64,000 nt of DNA from contig NC_088801.1 of the NCBI RefSeq assembly GCF_011386835.1, positions 49,228,001 through 49,292,000 of the forward strand. Direction: 5' to 3'. The translations under genes were made by a program, and so were the position numbers. This document shows, in pieces, positions 26,080 to 37,117 of the stretch. The notes under the pieces were generated by a model. It saw nothing but the letters and a program-made list of their open reading frames with translations, did not search any database and was not told where the DNA came from. The DNA comes from Chrysemys picta bellii (lineage: Eukaryota). Numbering within the stretch: position 1 is the stretch's first letter; each line of letters starts with the position of its first letter.

Positions 26080-27481
26080 TAGGCCTAGCAAATTTATTTA
26101 ACAATATATATATATATATATTGGACCTTTAAAAAAGATCACATTTAGTTCACCTTCAAATCTGGGGAAAAGTTTTGGGGCTACTGTTTTTGGCTCTCTC
26201 TGCTTTTAAATGTTCAATTCTTTCAAGATTACTGAATTTGCTTCTTTATACTGCCATACAGTATCCTGTCTTTTTGCTATGCTTAATGTCTGTGCCAAAA
26301 ATCTGGTTTTTTTTTGTATTTGTATTCTTTTGTTGCTATGTTTCCATTTTTGCTTTAAATGATTTTTTTTTATTTCCCTGTAAGATTCCTGATTCAACTT
26401 TGTACTTCATTAAAGATTTCACATATTTCAAATAGAACCCATTTTAATTAGCTTTTTAATTACAGCTGCAGCAAGCTGTTTACTAGAGATTCTTAGTCTA
26501 GTGAACAAGCCCCTGTGGAGCTATTTAGCCTTGGAGAAAAGTGAAAAAGAGCCATTTTTAAATCAGAATGGAAATATTTTGCACACATCACACAATCGTA
26601 CGGGAATTTTCTGAAATTCCAGTTTAAAGGATCCCCATTATAAAAGAACTGTGCCCCAGAACATGGGGATACAGATTCTGTGGGAAGGCCAAGAGCAGTG
26701 TGGTGACTTGGCTAAATTCCAGTTGAGTAAGTGTATTCTATTCAACCCAAATTCTCCTGTAGTTGCAATTGGCTGAGACAATTTTCACATTCACATTCTG
26801 ATTGGGCAGCAATTTACACCACGTTGCACTCCCTTTGCACAGGTACATGTTACATAAGGTGCCAAAGGCAGTGCAGAACCAGGCCCTTTCCTGAGTCTGT
26901 GCTACACAATGGGGCATAGATGTCACTTTTCAAAGGTGGGTGAGGCATTTGTGTCCTAAAAGTATCCTGATATAAGTCTAACTTCTTTTATTTGTTAAGC
27001 TTTAAGAGCCATACTTTCAAAGATATTAAAGTGCTGATCTGCAGGCCCCTAAATACCTTTGAACATCAAGCCCTAAGTCCTGGTGAAATTCTCCTCTCAG
27101 TTACACCCAGTGTGAAGCCCAATGACTTAAGTAAAGTTTAACTGGTGTAACTGAGAGACGAATTTAGCCCATTGTAAGTAAAATCAACACTGTTTGTTGA
27201 GAACTAATTATGGGCCCAGTCCTGGCACTACTGCTAAGCCTTGGCAAATCTCCCATTGACTTCCCTGGGATCCAGATCTGGTCCAAATGTCTTAAATACT
27301 ATACAATGGCACATATGCATTTGCATAAAGCGTATTGCAGTTCTGTTCACTTAAGAAACATGCAGTTAAATAACCTTAGATCTGAGCAGCAGGGTTGTCT
27401 CATTGCATCTGATTGTGAAACATAGACTATCAATATTACTTTCTTATGCTTCTTAGCATTTGGAATAGCCAAAGTCTGATA

Positions 27482-27529
27482 TCTATTATTATGTATATTG
27501 TTCTTTCTATTATTATGTATATTGTTCTT
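27482..27529 (+). repeat. Perfect 24-bp tandem duplication in the HYR2 splice acceptor
   Basis: tctattattatgtatattgttctt x2, ending 7 nt before the exon start. Confidence 0.95.
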
Positions 27530-27536
27530 TCCTCAG

Positions 27537-27803
27537 ATACTGAACCACCTGTAGTGATCTCCTGTCCTCAGAACATTGAGATAGAAACCAAAAAAGGAAA
27601 CCTCTACTGGAATGACTTGCCTGAATTCTCTTGGAAGGAGCCTGTGTTTGAAGACAACTCCAGGGGTCCACTGACAATCACAAAAGGAGGGTCCAATGTT
27701 AATAATGGAGACAAACTGGCATATGGCCAATATTCAGTGGAATATATAGCAACAGATCTTTCAGGAAACCAAGCCAAATGTTCCTTTGAGATCTCTGTGA
27801 AAT
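27537..27803 (+). CDS. HYR-module gene, exon HYR2: (D)TEPPVVISCPQNIEIETKKGNLYWNDLPEFSWKEPVFEDNSRGPLTITKGGSNVNNGDKLAYGQYSVEYIATDLSGNQAKCSFEISVK
   Basis: HYR signature (DTEPP...CP, W.EP.F.DNS, Y.ATD.SGN.A.C.F). Acceptor ttctttcctcag|, donor T|gtatgt, 267 nt, phase 1-1. Confidence 0.92.
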
Positions 27804-28507
27804 GTATGTGTTTGGCTTATACTCAAGGTCACTGTTGGAATATAATGAAGTATTAATGCTAATTGTCCTGTGGCATTTGTTGTTTGATGATTAATACCAT
27901 GTGGGGGTAGGATATAAACTCTCACATTTTGTCTACATCTACAGGCCATTTATATGCAAGGGTGAAAACATGTATCCCCAAATGTCCCCTCTTCCCCCCC
28001 CAGCTCTTACAGCTTTGCTCTCTGTCCTCATATAGCACAGTATCTTTTCACTGAAGCCTATGTGTCAGCTCTGTGTAAAGAATTGCTTCCTTCAATGGCT
28101 CCAGGTACAGATCCTAACACAAGTTATAGGATTCAAACAAACCTGTTACAATGAAATATGAGCCTGAGATGCAAAGTTTGACTCCAGATTGGAAGTTGGG
28201 GCAGAGACAAGGCTTGAGGGGAAAGATCTGATATTCTGATTCAGGCTCCTCTCTGTTAAAAGAAATCATCTCCTGTAACCAGCATGTTTTCAGAAGTGGT
28301 CACTCACTCACTTTTTGTGCCACAGTTGTGTGGGGTATCCCACTTGAGACACCTGGTGCCTGATTTTCAGGGCTACTAAGAACCCACTTTCCACAGGGCA
28401 CCCCAGGAGTGAGTCACACCAATTCACTGAACGCTTCTGAAAATTGTAGCTGTGTTCCTCCTGATGATTCCCTGTTCTGTTCATTCCCTCTGGGGCACCT
28501 GGCATTG

Positions 28508-28585
28508 GCCACTGTTGGAAGACAGGATACTGGGCTAAATGGACCTTTGGTCTGACCCAGTAGGGCCGTTCTTATGTTCTTATGT
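28508..28585 (+). mobile_element. CR1 extreme 3' end
   Basis: gacaggatactgggctaaatggacctttggtctgacccagtagggccgttcttatgttcttatgt, ending in TTCTTATG repeats. Confidence 0.8.
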
Positions 28586-28914
28586 CCCAAATACTATCTC
28601 CAGCTATAATGCTATAATAAATTGCTGAAGACTATCTGAGTCTTACGCCCATCCAAGGGTTCAATCCCAAACTTTTCCTATGTTACACAAATAGGCACAT
28701 AAGAATCAGTTTCCCTTTACATGCAGTAGGAGGCTATTCACATCATCCTGAAGATTTACTCAACAGTGACATTATTATCATGTATATGAATTTATAGTAA
28801 TATTTTAAGAATTTCTGTCTAAGATTTTGCGTAATTTGCTTTTTACTAAATGTAAGCAGTATCACTCATTATTAACTCAGTTTTTATTGTTGTCTTTTTT
28901 ATGTATACACAAAG

Positions 28915-29151
28915 CAATTGCATGCACAATGGAATTGCCGGAGCATGGAGCTATAGTCTGTGGCTATCCTTCGATGGACGGCATGGACCTCATGACCATT
29001 GACTGTATTGTACTATGTCAAAGCAAATACCAGTTTAGCAGGGATCCATATCCAATATATGCATGCTCAGAGGAGGGACTTTGGTGGACCTTCACAAGCA
29101 CATTCACGCCTATTGGCCCAAATTTGCCAAGTTTAAACCATAAGTGCCAAG
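28915..29151 (+). CDS. HYR-module gene, 6-Cys sushi/CCP-like exon 2: (S)IACTMELPEHGAIVCGYPSMDGMDLMTIDCIVLCQSKYQFSRDPYPIYACSEEGLWWTFTSTFTPIGPNLPSLNHKCQ
   Basis: Acceptor ...tacacaaag|, donor AAG|gtaaga, 237 nt, phase 1-1. Same six-Cys pattern as 21661-21906. Confidence 0.87.
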
Positions 29152-29661
29152 GTAAGAAAGTTTAAATGAATGAAAAACTTTGTACCTAATTAAAAATTCT
29201 TATTTGCATGTTATATTTTCACCACTTTGATGAGCCTGATGGCATGTAAATTATATTTCAAGGATTCATTAAAAGTAATTTTCCTTTTTTCTATAAACAA
29301 CACTTGTCAGATTTCTCAAATCAGCACTGAATTAAACTGAGGTGGGTTGAGTTCAGCTGCTTGATTTACTTTATTACAGATTTAAAATCTGCTGAGGGAG
29401 TATAGATATTTCACATTAATTATGTTGATGAAGATCTGTGTTCTGATTACCAACCCTGAGTCTTTATACAGAAAATGGAGACATATCAATGAGATACCAT
29501 ACCACTCTCTAACCAGTGAGGGATTACAGGAATAAAGCACCATTGCTTTATTAACTGATGACTTTTCACAAGAACAAAACCTAAATTTATGGGCTTTGCA
29601 CAGGGATCTTTCTAGGGCTTGCATATTGGGCACAAGCAAACAATAAGCCTTTTAATGTGGC

Positions 29662-29897
29662 TAAATGTAAATGTATAAATTTATAAACAAAGAATGTAGG
29701 CCATACATACGGGATGGGGGACTGTTCATGGAAACATGACTCTTAAAAAGATTTGGGAGTCGTGGTGGATAATCACCTGAACGTGAGCTCTCAGTGCAAT
29801 GGTGTGGCCAAAAGGGTGAACGCGTAATGCTTGGATGCACGAACACAGGAATCTCGAGTAGGAGTAGAGTAGTAGTAGCGGTCCCTTGTATCCTTGG
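29662..29897 (+). mobile_element. CR1 RT internal fragment
   Basis: gatttgggagtcgtggtggataatcacctgaacgtgagctctcagtgcaatggtgtggccaaaaggg encodes the CR1 DLGV.VD..LN.S.QC...AK motif. Confidence 0.75.
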
Positions 29898-30743
29898 AAT
29901 ATATGAATCGATATACATTTTTAGGGTCTTTTGGGGGCAGAGTTGTGTCTATCTTTGTGTTTGGAGAATGCCTCACTCATTCTGAATGCTATCACAGTAT
30001 AAATAATTATAAGAACCCACTAGCCATCCATGTGGCTCATCTTTAGTTGCTTCTACAGTCCCAGGGTTACTGTAGTAACTATAGTCCATGCACTATCTTC
30101 ATAGTGGCTTCTAGGAGGTGGCTGCGTGAAGACTGTGGATGCATTGGTCATGACCATGCCCACTCCCCAGTTCTCTCCTGACTCATATTAGGCCAAGAGT
30201 GAGTGAACATGAAGCATTGTTCCAGCCAAGTCTGGAACAATTATCCAGCTACAGCTACAATTATCACCACTCTGTGATATACATTTTTTTTTCAGTCTCT
30301 ATCTTCAGCCTGCCATGCTCAAAATGCAGAAAATTGTTGGCATAATTTTGATTGCATTCTTTCCTATTCATTTTATTTATTTTGGCCCTGATCCTGCAAT
30401 AACTTATACATGTGCTTAATGATGAGCATGAGAGTAATCCCAGTGGGTCAATTCATATACTTCAGATTAAAAACACATTTGTAAATCTTTGCAGGGTCCT
30501 TTTCCTAGGGGTTCATTAAAAACCCACTAAAAGCAATGTGAGCCTTAGTTCTTACCTTTAACCTTACCAATTAATTCTTTTATGATATTTGTTGTATTAA
30601 AAGTTCCAGATATGTAAACATTAAAATCAAAACTATCCTCATAGCATTTGATACATGTAAGTTGAAAAGTAGGATGCTCTGCATCACTGAGGTGACTGGC
30701 TAGGTCAAAATTAATCCTGTGTTTTCTTTGCCTGTATCTTTAG

Positions 30744-30955
30744 AACCAGATATCCATAAAAAGCCAAAAGTTGTTGATCAGAATTTTTACTTTGATGGTG
30801 ACTGCCATGACAGAGCAGTGCAAGTCATGCTGATAGGACACTTGGAATATTTTCAGAGGAAAACTTCAGCATATCAGTACTGTGAATTAAACAGAGAGTT
30901 CTGCAGAAAGTGGAATGGTTACCGCAATGTAACGGTGTTCTGTGGAAGCACGTGA
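30744..30955 (+). CDS. HYR-module gene, 4-Cys module exon 2, probable terminal coding exon: (E)PDIHKKPKVVDQNFYFDGDCHDRAVQVMLIGHLEYFQRKTSAYQYCELNREFCRKWNGYRNVTVFCGST*
   Basis: Acceptor ttttctttgcctgtatctttag|, phase 1, TGA at 30953-30955. Motifs FY.DGDC, CX6C and V.V.CG are shared with 23912-24130. Confidence 0.85.
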
Positions 30956-31091
30956 GATGGAATGACTGTATTGTTTGTTATGGGTTTTTTTTAGAATGTA
31001 TTTGCATGCGTGTGTGAGAACTACATATTATCCAAGTATTCAAACTGTTCCTTGAAAGCAGTTTGTGCTGTAACCTTATTTCCTCTTATAA

Positions 31092-31097
31092 AATAAA
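31092..31097 (+). terminator. Candidate poly(A) signal of the HYR-module gene
   Basis: First AATAAA after the stop (about 137 nt downstream). AATAAA is common in AT-rich DNA. Confidence 0.4.
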
Positions 31098-32019
31098 ATT
31101 AGGGTAAAAATATAATCACTATCGTTTTCTTTCTTCTTGAGCTTCCCTATTGTTGCTACTACTTGGGAAATTTGGCATTGTAAGTTACATACATGGACTG
31201 ATAGGCGACAGGATACTAGTGTGTTACATTTGGGGTTTTTGGGTGGTTTCCACTTTTTTGTTTTTTAATTATAATGTAAAACTGGTGAAGGCAATTTTGA
31301 AACCATATGTAGGAGTGTCATTATGGGGATATTTGTTAACACAAAGTCACACTAAGTTGTTTCAGAGTAGAGTGGCTGCTATTAAAAAGTCAGGATTTGT
31401 CAATAATTATGCTCCTCAGAGCTATGTAAGATTATCACAGTCTTTTTCCTCCTAGGTTTAGAATAGGAAGTATCTACTAGAACTTTGTAATAAGGGCACA
31501 CAAATATTGATTAGCAATAGAACTGGTTGAAAAGTAGAAACAATTTTCCATGAAAAATATAGAGGGATTTTTTTCTCCCCTATTCATCATTCAAATTTAT
31601 GACCAGCTCTGCTTGTTAATGGCCTCTATTGTATATTGTGAATTGGACTGTAAAATTATTTTACAGATAACAAGATCCCATCCAGAATTAAAATCTATCA
31701 ATATTTATTTGTTGTCTTGGATTCAGCATTGGTAATATCACTACCTAGCAACTGATATCTGTAGTTGCCTGAATTAGATAAACACATTGGGCCCGAGCCT
31801 TCACTGGCATAGCTTGCTCTCCCTATTAACTGAAATGGAGTTGTGTCATTTGTACCAGCTGATGATTTGGGCCAGGGAGTATAGCTATTTTTGCAGAAAA
31901 AGCTAGAAGACAAATGTAGTTTATTCATTAAGGCTCTGGAATGGAAGTCAGGAGAAAGTTCCTTGTTTGGCCATTAGCTTGCTGTGAAATGTTGGGTAAG
32001 TCACTTAAGTTGTCTATAC

Positions 32020-33131
32020 CAGAAGTTCTCAACTGAGGGTCTGCTGCTCCCTGGGGGACTGTGAGCCCTTTGTGTGTGTGTCGGGGGGGAGGGGGGGGCA
32101 GAGCCCCGCAGCTGAAACCCAGTGCCCTGAGCCCCAGCAACCCCCCTGTAGGTCTGAATCTGGGAGTGGCGTAGGGCTGAAGCTGAGAGCCCCAGTGTTC
32201 CTCCCGTCCGTAACAAAGCTGTGCAGGACTAAAGCCTTGATCCCCGGCGTTCCCTGCAGGCAGAAGCCCTGAGTCCATGGGAAGAGTTGGGGGGGCATAA
32301 GGGCGTTGCCCCCCAAACTGCAGTGCCTTACCCAGAGTGGAGCAGTCTGGGAACAGCTCCAGCACCCCCACACTGCCTCCTTTCCCCCATCCCACCTCAG
32401 GCCCAGCCCTCTGGTCAGGTTGTAGGTGGGAAGCCAGAGCCAGGCAGTGTGGGGCAGCTGTTCCTCTGGCAGGTGGGGCCATGAAGTGGGCAGCTGTGGC
32501 ATTCCTCCCTCTGCTGCTGGTGCTCAGATATGGGAGCTCCTCAGCTCCCAGCCCTCTTTGTCTGCTCACACCTGGGTAGAGGGATCTGCCTCTGGGGTCA
32601 GCAGCGCCCTCAGGGAGCACCACCGCAGCGGGAGCTCTCCTGGCACACAGTGCCTAACTATTGTTTTCCCTGAGCTACGCCCTGCCCCCACACAGCCCCT
32701 AGCTACCCCCTCCCTGCACCATGAGCTACCCTCTGCCCACACACAGCCCCTAGTTACCCCCTCCCTGCACCATGAGCTACCCCCCTGCCCACACACAGCC
32801 CCTAGTACCCCTCTCCCTGCACCACCCCTTTGGCTGCACACAGCCCCTAGCTACCCCCTGCCTGCACCCAGAGCGGTTTTCAAACTTTTTGAGCTGAGTC
32901 CCCGATTTTAGTTATATTTTTTGGTTGCACACCCCCCCTCCCCCAACCCAGCCGAGTGGCCTGCTGAGGTGAGTCAGGGGGTGGAGGTGCAGAGCTGGCC
33001 CAAGCCCTGCTGTCCCTTGCCCCCTCCCCCCCAAAATAGAAGTCAAACTGCCTAAGCCTCCCCCTACCCCTGCTGGGCCCTGGAGTTTTTCTAGCATGTT
33101 GAGAGGGGCCTCAGCAAGAAAAAACCCCCCA
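32020..33131. mobile_element. Composite non-autonomous hAT (Charlie-like) element
   Basis: Left end cagaagttctcaac, degenerate right end, exact 8-bp TSD gtctatac (32012-32019 / 33132-33139). A second TIR-like start (cagagcggttttcaaac) lies near 32868. Confidence 0.7.
32671..32868 (+). repeat. 51-bp minisatellite, about 3.8 copies, inside the hAT element
   Basis: tgagctac...cacagcccctagctaccccctccctgcacca units start at 32671, 32722 and 32773. Confidence 0.85.
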
Positions 33132-34302
33132 GTCTATACCTCAGTATCCCCTAGTTTACACTGGCATACTAATGCTTACCATTGTTGCTAAAGAATTTGG
33201 AGAGCTACATCTGAAAAATGCAGCATAACTGCTCAGGATTGATATTATATTGTTACATTAAGGCAGAGGAAAAAATATAAAGATAGTTAAACTAGTTCTT
33301 AATGGAATAAACAGCAGGAATACTGGGACCAAGACATCGTTATGATTCTTGATTCATTAAAACAAAGCCTACCTAAATTCAGCGTTCTTTATTCGTAATG
33401 TTTAGATGTCAATGAAAATAAGGGTCCCAATGCTTTAGTTTTGTGAGTTAAACAGTTTATTATGGGAAACATAAACTGAACACTCTTTTTGGTCATACCA
33501 GTTTAGGTTTCTGTTGGTAAATTGCGCTCATCTTCGAAATTAACATGAGAGAGTGTCCCAGTCTTTCTAATGATAAATGCCGCACATCCTGATGAATTGA
33601 GTAGGGGCTCAAAAACTTGAGCACAAGTAACTATGCTTCCACTTTCTTATGGTATCTGATACAAAGCTTTTGTAGTAGAGAACTGGAACAAAAGAAAAGT
33701 TGACACAAGCCAACAAAAGCAAGGCACTTCATGATTATGGCAGGAATTTTAACCTCAGCTCCACCTGCTGTGCAGCAAATAGTGAATGCCAAATCACCTA
33801 CTATTTGGACTTAGCCCTAAGAGGTAGCAGGTCCGATTACAGTGAGCATGTCAGCTTCAACGGTGAACTGCCTGGCTTGTTGATTTTTTTGGTCTCTGTT
33901 GTCAGTTCAGTATTTCATGAGGTTTTTGGTCTTAACTTTCTAGGAACTGAATGGTGTGAGTATCACCTGTCATGAGAGTGAAAATACTTGCAGTATAAAT
34001 AGCAGTATCACATAGGACCCTTTGTAAACTAACTTCTGGGATAAAGAAATACACATTTAGAGCTAAGTACTGCATTGCAAGATTACACACCCTTCAATGG
34101 ATGTCTCAAGACAGTTAGAAAGACCAACATTATTTAATTTTTGCAGAAGATAAATTCCTCCAGATGGGTATGAACTCCCATGAGCTATTTAATCAGATGC
34201 TGCTTACAGGACAAATCCTCCAAGGTGCTGATACCTCTTGAGGTATTGTGCACCTTCAGTTCATCTGGAAACGAAATATTTGGATTCTAGGTGTGGTTTA
34301 TG

Positions 34303-34608
34303 CAGGAGCGGCGCCAAGGTTTTTGGCACCCTAGGCGGGGGTCCTTCCGCGCTCCCGGTTGCCGTCGTCAATTCTGCGGCGGGGGGGTCCTTCCATGCTC
34401 CCGGTCTTCGGGGCACTTCGGTGGTGGGTCCCGGAGTGAGTGAAGGACCCGCCGCAGAATTGCCGCCAAAGACCCGGAGTGCCGAAGGACCCCCTCCCCC
34501 CCCCCCGCTGCCAAATTGCCGCCGAGGGTGGCAAAATGCCGCCCCCCCCCCCAAATCCTGGTGCCCTAGGCGACCGCCTAGGTCGCCTAAATGGAAGCGC
34601 TGGCCCTG
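34303..34608. mobile_element. GC-rich hAT-type MITE
   Basis: Imperfect TIR caggagcggcgc / gcgctggccctg, exact 8-bp TSD ggtttatg (34295-34302 / 34609-34616), CpG-rich. Confidence 0.85.
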
Positions 34609-35567
34609 GGTTTATGGCTATGTTCAGAAAGAGATGAGTTGAAACACAATGTTACAGGGCACTATAGACTCTACCTTATAGATTGATCACTCCCATTTGT
34701 GAGAGACTGGCACACGGGGGCTGTCATGCCATATCAGAACTGTGGTCCATTTAGTTCAAGATACTGCTTACATTCCTTTTTTTATGAGCACCCCAACATA
34801 TTGAACAGATTTTTTTTTCATTGTGGTGTCCTCAATGTTGCCCACGTCTTTCCTCTTTAATGTTTACAGTCAATTTAAAACTCAGAAATCTGTATGCATA
34901 GTTCAAATTATTCCTTTCCCACATGCATTGCCTGGCATTTGCAAACACCAAGGGTCATCTGCCATCATGCTGCCATTCTGTTCTGAAGACTATTATGCAG
35001 AAAGCTTCTTTGCAACAACCTTATCCCGTTTAACTGATCTCTCAGGAGGGCTGATGAACACAATGATTCTTTGGCATGTGCTCCGTTTACAACCTATGTA
35101 AACAATGGCTTGGCATGTATTTTATTATCTTTGGCTAATTGCTCTTTCAATTCCACATTAGCCAACCTAATTTCCATCTTAGATTTTGTAAGCCATAATT
35201 CCTGTTCCTTTCATTGACTTGTGTGCTCGTATTAATACCTGTTCCGGGAAACAATTGTTGAAGATGTCAAGAAATTGCTTCTCTGATATTATAGTTGACT
35301 GCTTTATATGCAGTTAGTTGATGTTAACTACTATCATTGCTATAGGCTCCAATTCAGCAAGGTACTTAACCATGTGAATGGTCACACGGGGATAGAGCGT
35401 CAGTTGGTATAATTTGTCATAGCAGCATTGTTGACTTCAAGGGAACCAGCTGTGGAACTGCTTAATTTACTTCAAAGGACTACGCCCATGCTTAAAGTTA
35501 ACCACGTGCTTTAGTATCTTGATGAACTGGAGTCTTTTAAGTTGCTTCTTTGATCACTCTTATCACT

Positions 35568-36020
35568 TATCTACACAAAAGAATAAATGGACACAAATCA
35601 GATGTCAAGAATTATAACATTCAAAAACCAGTCAGAGAACACTTCAACCTCCCTGGTCACTCAATTACAGATCTAAAAGTTACAATTCTCCAACAAAAAA
35701 ACTTCAAAAACAGACCAGCGAGAAACTGCAGAATTGGAATTAATTTGCAAACTGGACACCATTAAATTAGGCTTGAATAAAGACTGGGAGTGGATGGGTC
35801 ATTACACAAAGTAAAAACTATTTCCCCATGCTATTTTTTCCCCTACTGTAATTCACACCTTCTTGTCAACTGTTGGAAATGGGCCATCCTGATTATTGCT
35901 GCAAAAGGTTTTTTTCTCCTGCTGATAATAGCCCACCTTAATTGATTAGTCTCCTTATAGTTGGTATGGCAACACCCATTTTTTCATGTTCTGTGTGTTT
36001 GTTTGTGTGTGTGTGTGTGT

Positions 36021-36055
<35 letters not shown>

Positions 36056-36219
36056 TATATATATATACCTTCCTACTGTATTTTCCACTCATGCATCCGA
36101 TGAAGTGGGTTCTAGACCACGAAAGCTAATGCCCAAAGAAATTTGTTAGTCTCTACGGTGCCACAAGGCCTCCTCGTTCTTTTTGCTGATACAGACTAAC
36201 ACGGCTACCACTCTGAAAC
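35568..36219 (+). mobile_element. Penelope-like element 3' part (GIY-YIG C-terminus, microsatellite, pseudo-LTR)
   Basis: Encodes KRINGHKSD...QKPVREHFNLPGHSITDLKV with a frameshift. (GT)n(TA)n near 35995-36067. Ends gactaacacggctaccactctgaaac. 11-bp TSD ctcttatcact (35557-35567 / 36220-36230). Confidence 0.9.
36093..36132 (+). ncRNA. Minimal hammerhead ribozyme motif
   Basis: GCAT-CCGATGA-A-GTGG..CCAC-GAAA-GCTA-ATGC. Confidence 0.55.
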
Positions 36220-37117
36220 CTCTTATCACTGTGCAATTGATACCCCTTTCCTAAAATTTTGGCTTAAATATTTTAACATACCTGATATTTCTTATGTGCT
36301 ATGGCACATGCCTCATCTTTGTCTAAAACAACTGTGTCACAGACTGCCTTAGTCTATTTTATTTATCAAAAAATGCTAAGGCCTTTGCTCTTCAACTGAC
36401 AAAAATTAAATAAGTTGTCAAAGGGAAACTATTTCACATTAGTTCAGCAATGTTGTACTGTCAGGCATCTCTTCAAACAGAAGCCAGATGTTCTTTAGAG
36501 TTCAAAGCCCATAATTTATCATAATTAAAACATATCTGGGTTATTATGTGATCATCAATCATAGCTGCAAAACACATTTCCCAGCTGCTTTTCTACTCAT
36601 TTGCTTACAGAATTTTCTGCAAAAATAAACAAGTATTTTACAGCACTGTGAGATTTGCTATTGCAGTGTTAGTGCAACAGTAAAGTTATTAGGCAGATTC
36701 ACAGATGGCCCTGGACTCTGCAGATGCAATATGTTTGTGGAGAACTCTATGGCTTGATGTGAAATAGGCTAAGTTTACTCAGCCCTTTTGCTCTCATAGG
36801 TATCCATGGAAAAGGCGCTCCACCCAAATAATATTAGCAATTGACTATTTATATAAGGGATTTAACCAACGGCAGATTCAGAAGTAAGGGTGACAAGAAG
36901 ACAGCCATTAATAGTGCAGCTATAGGAAACTTGTGAATTGAAATCACCGAGTCTGTCACTCCAGTAGGGTTCCGGTGCAGGAGAGTCTGCCTGTATGGCA
37001 TCAGAAGCTACAGGAGATTGTAATCTGCAGAACATTAAAAATACTCCAGCCTTATGCAGTGCTACTAACAATTTTATACCTATTTCTCTAGATTCATATT
37101 ACTTTTCATACATACAG

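Noticed and set aside
31928-33097. 231-aa and other ORFs in the GC-rich block
   Set aside because: Low-complexity translations of a hAT-derived repeat and minisatellite.
33944-33955. 12-nt micro-exon candidate with strong splice sites
   Set aside because: Lies after the HYR gene stop, and its phase 1 is incompatible with the possible phase-2 donor at 30951.
36862-37071. Minus ORF with a sushi-like SQVSYSCTING stretch
   Set aside because: Lacks the full Cys/Trp pattern and a donor; it is on the opposite strand to the HYR gene and downstream of the CALCRL stop.
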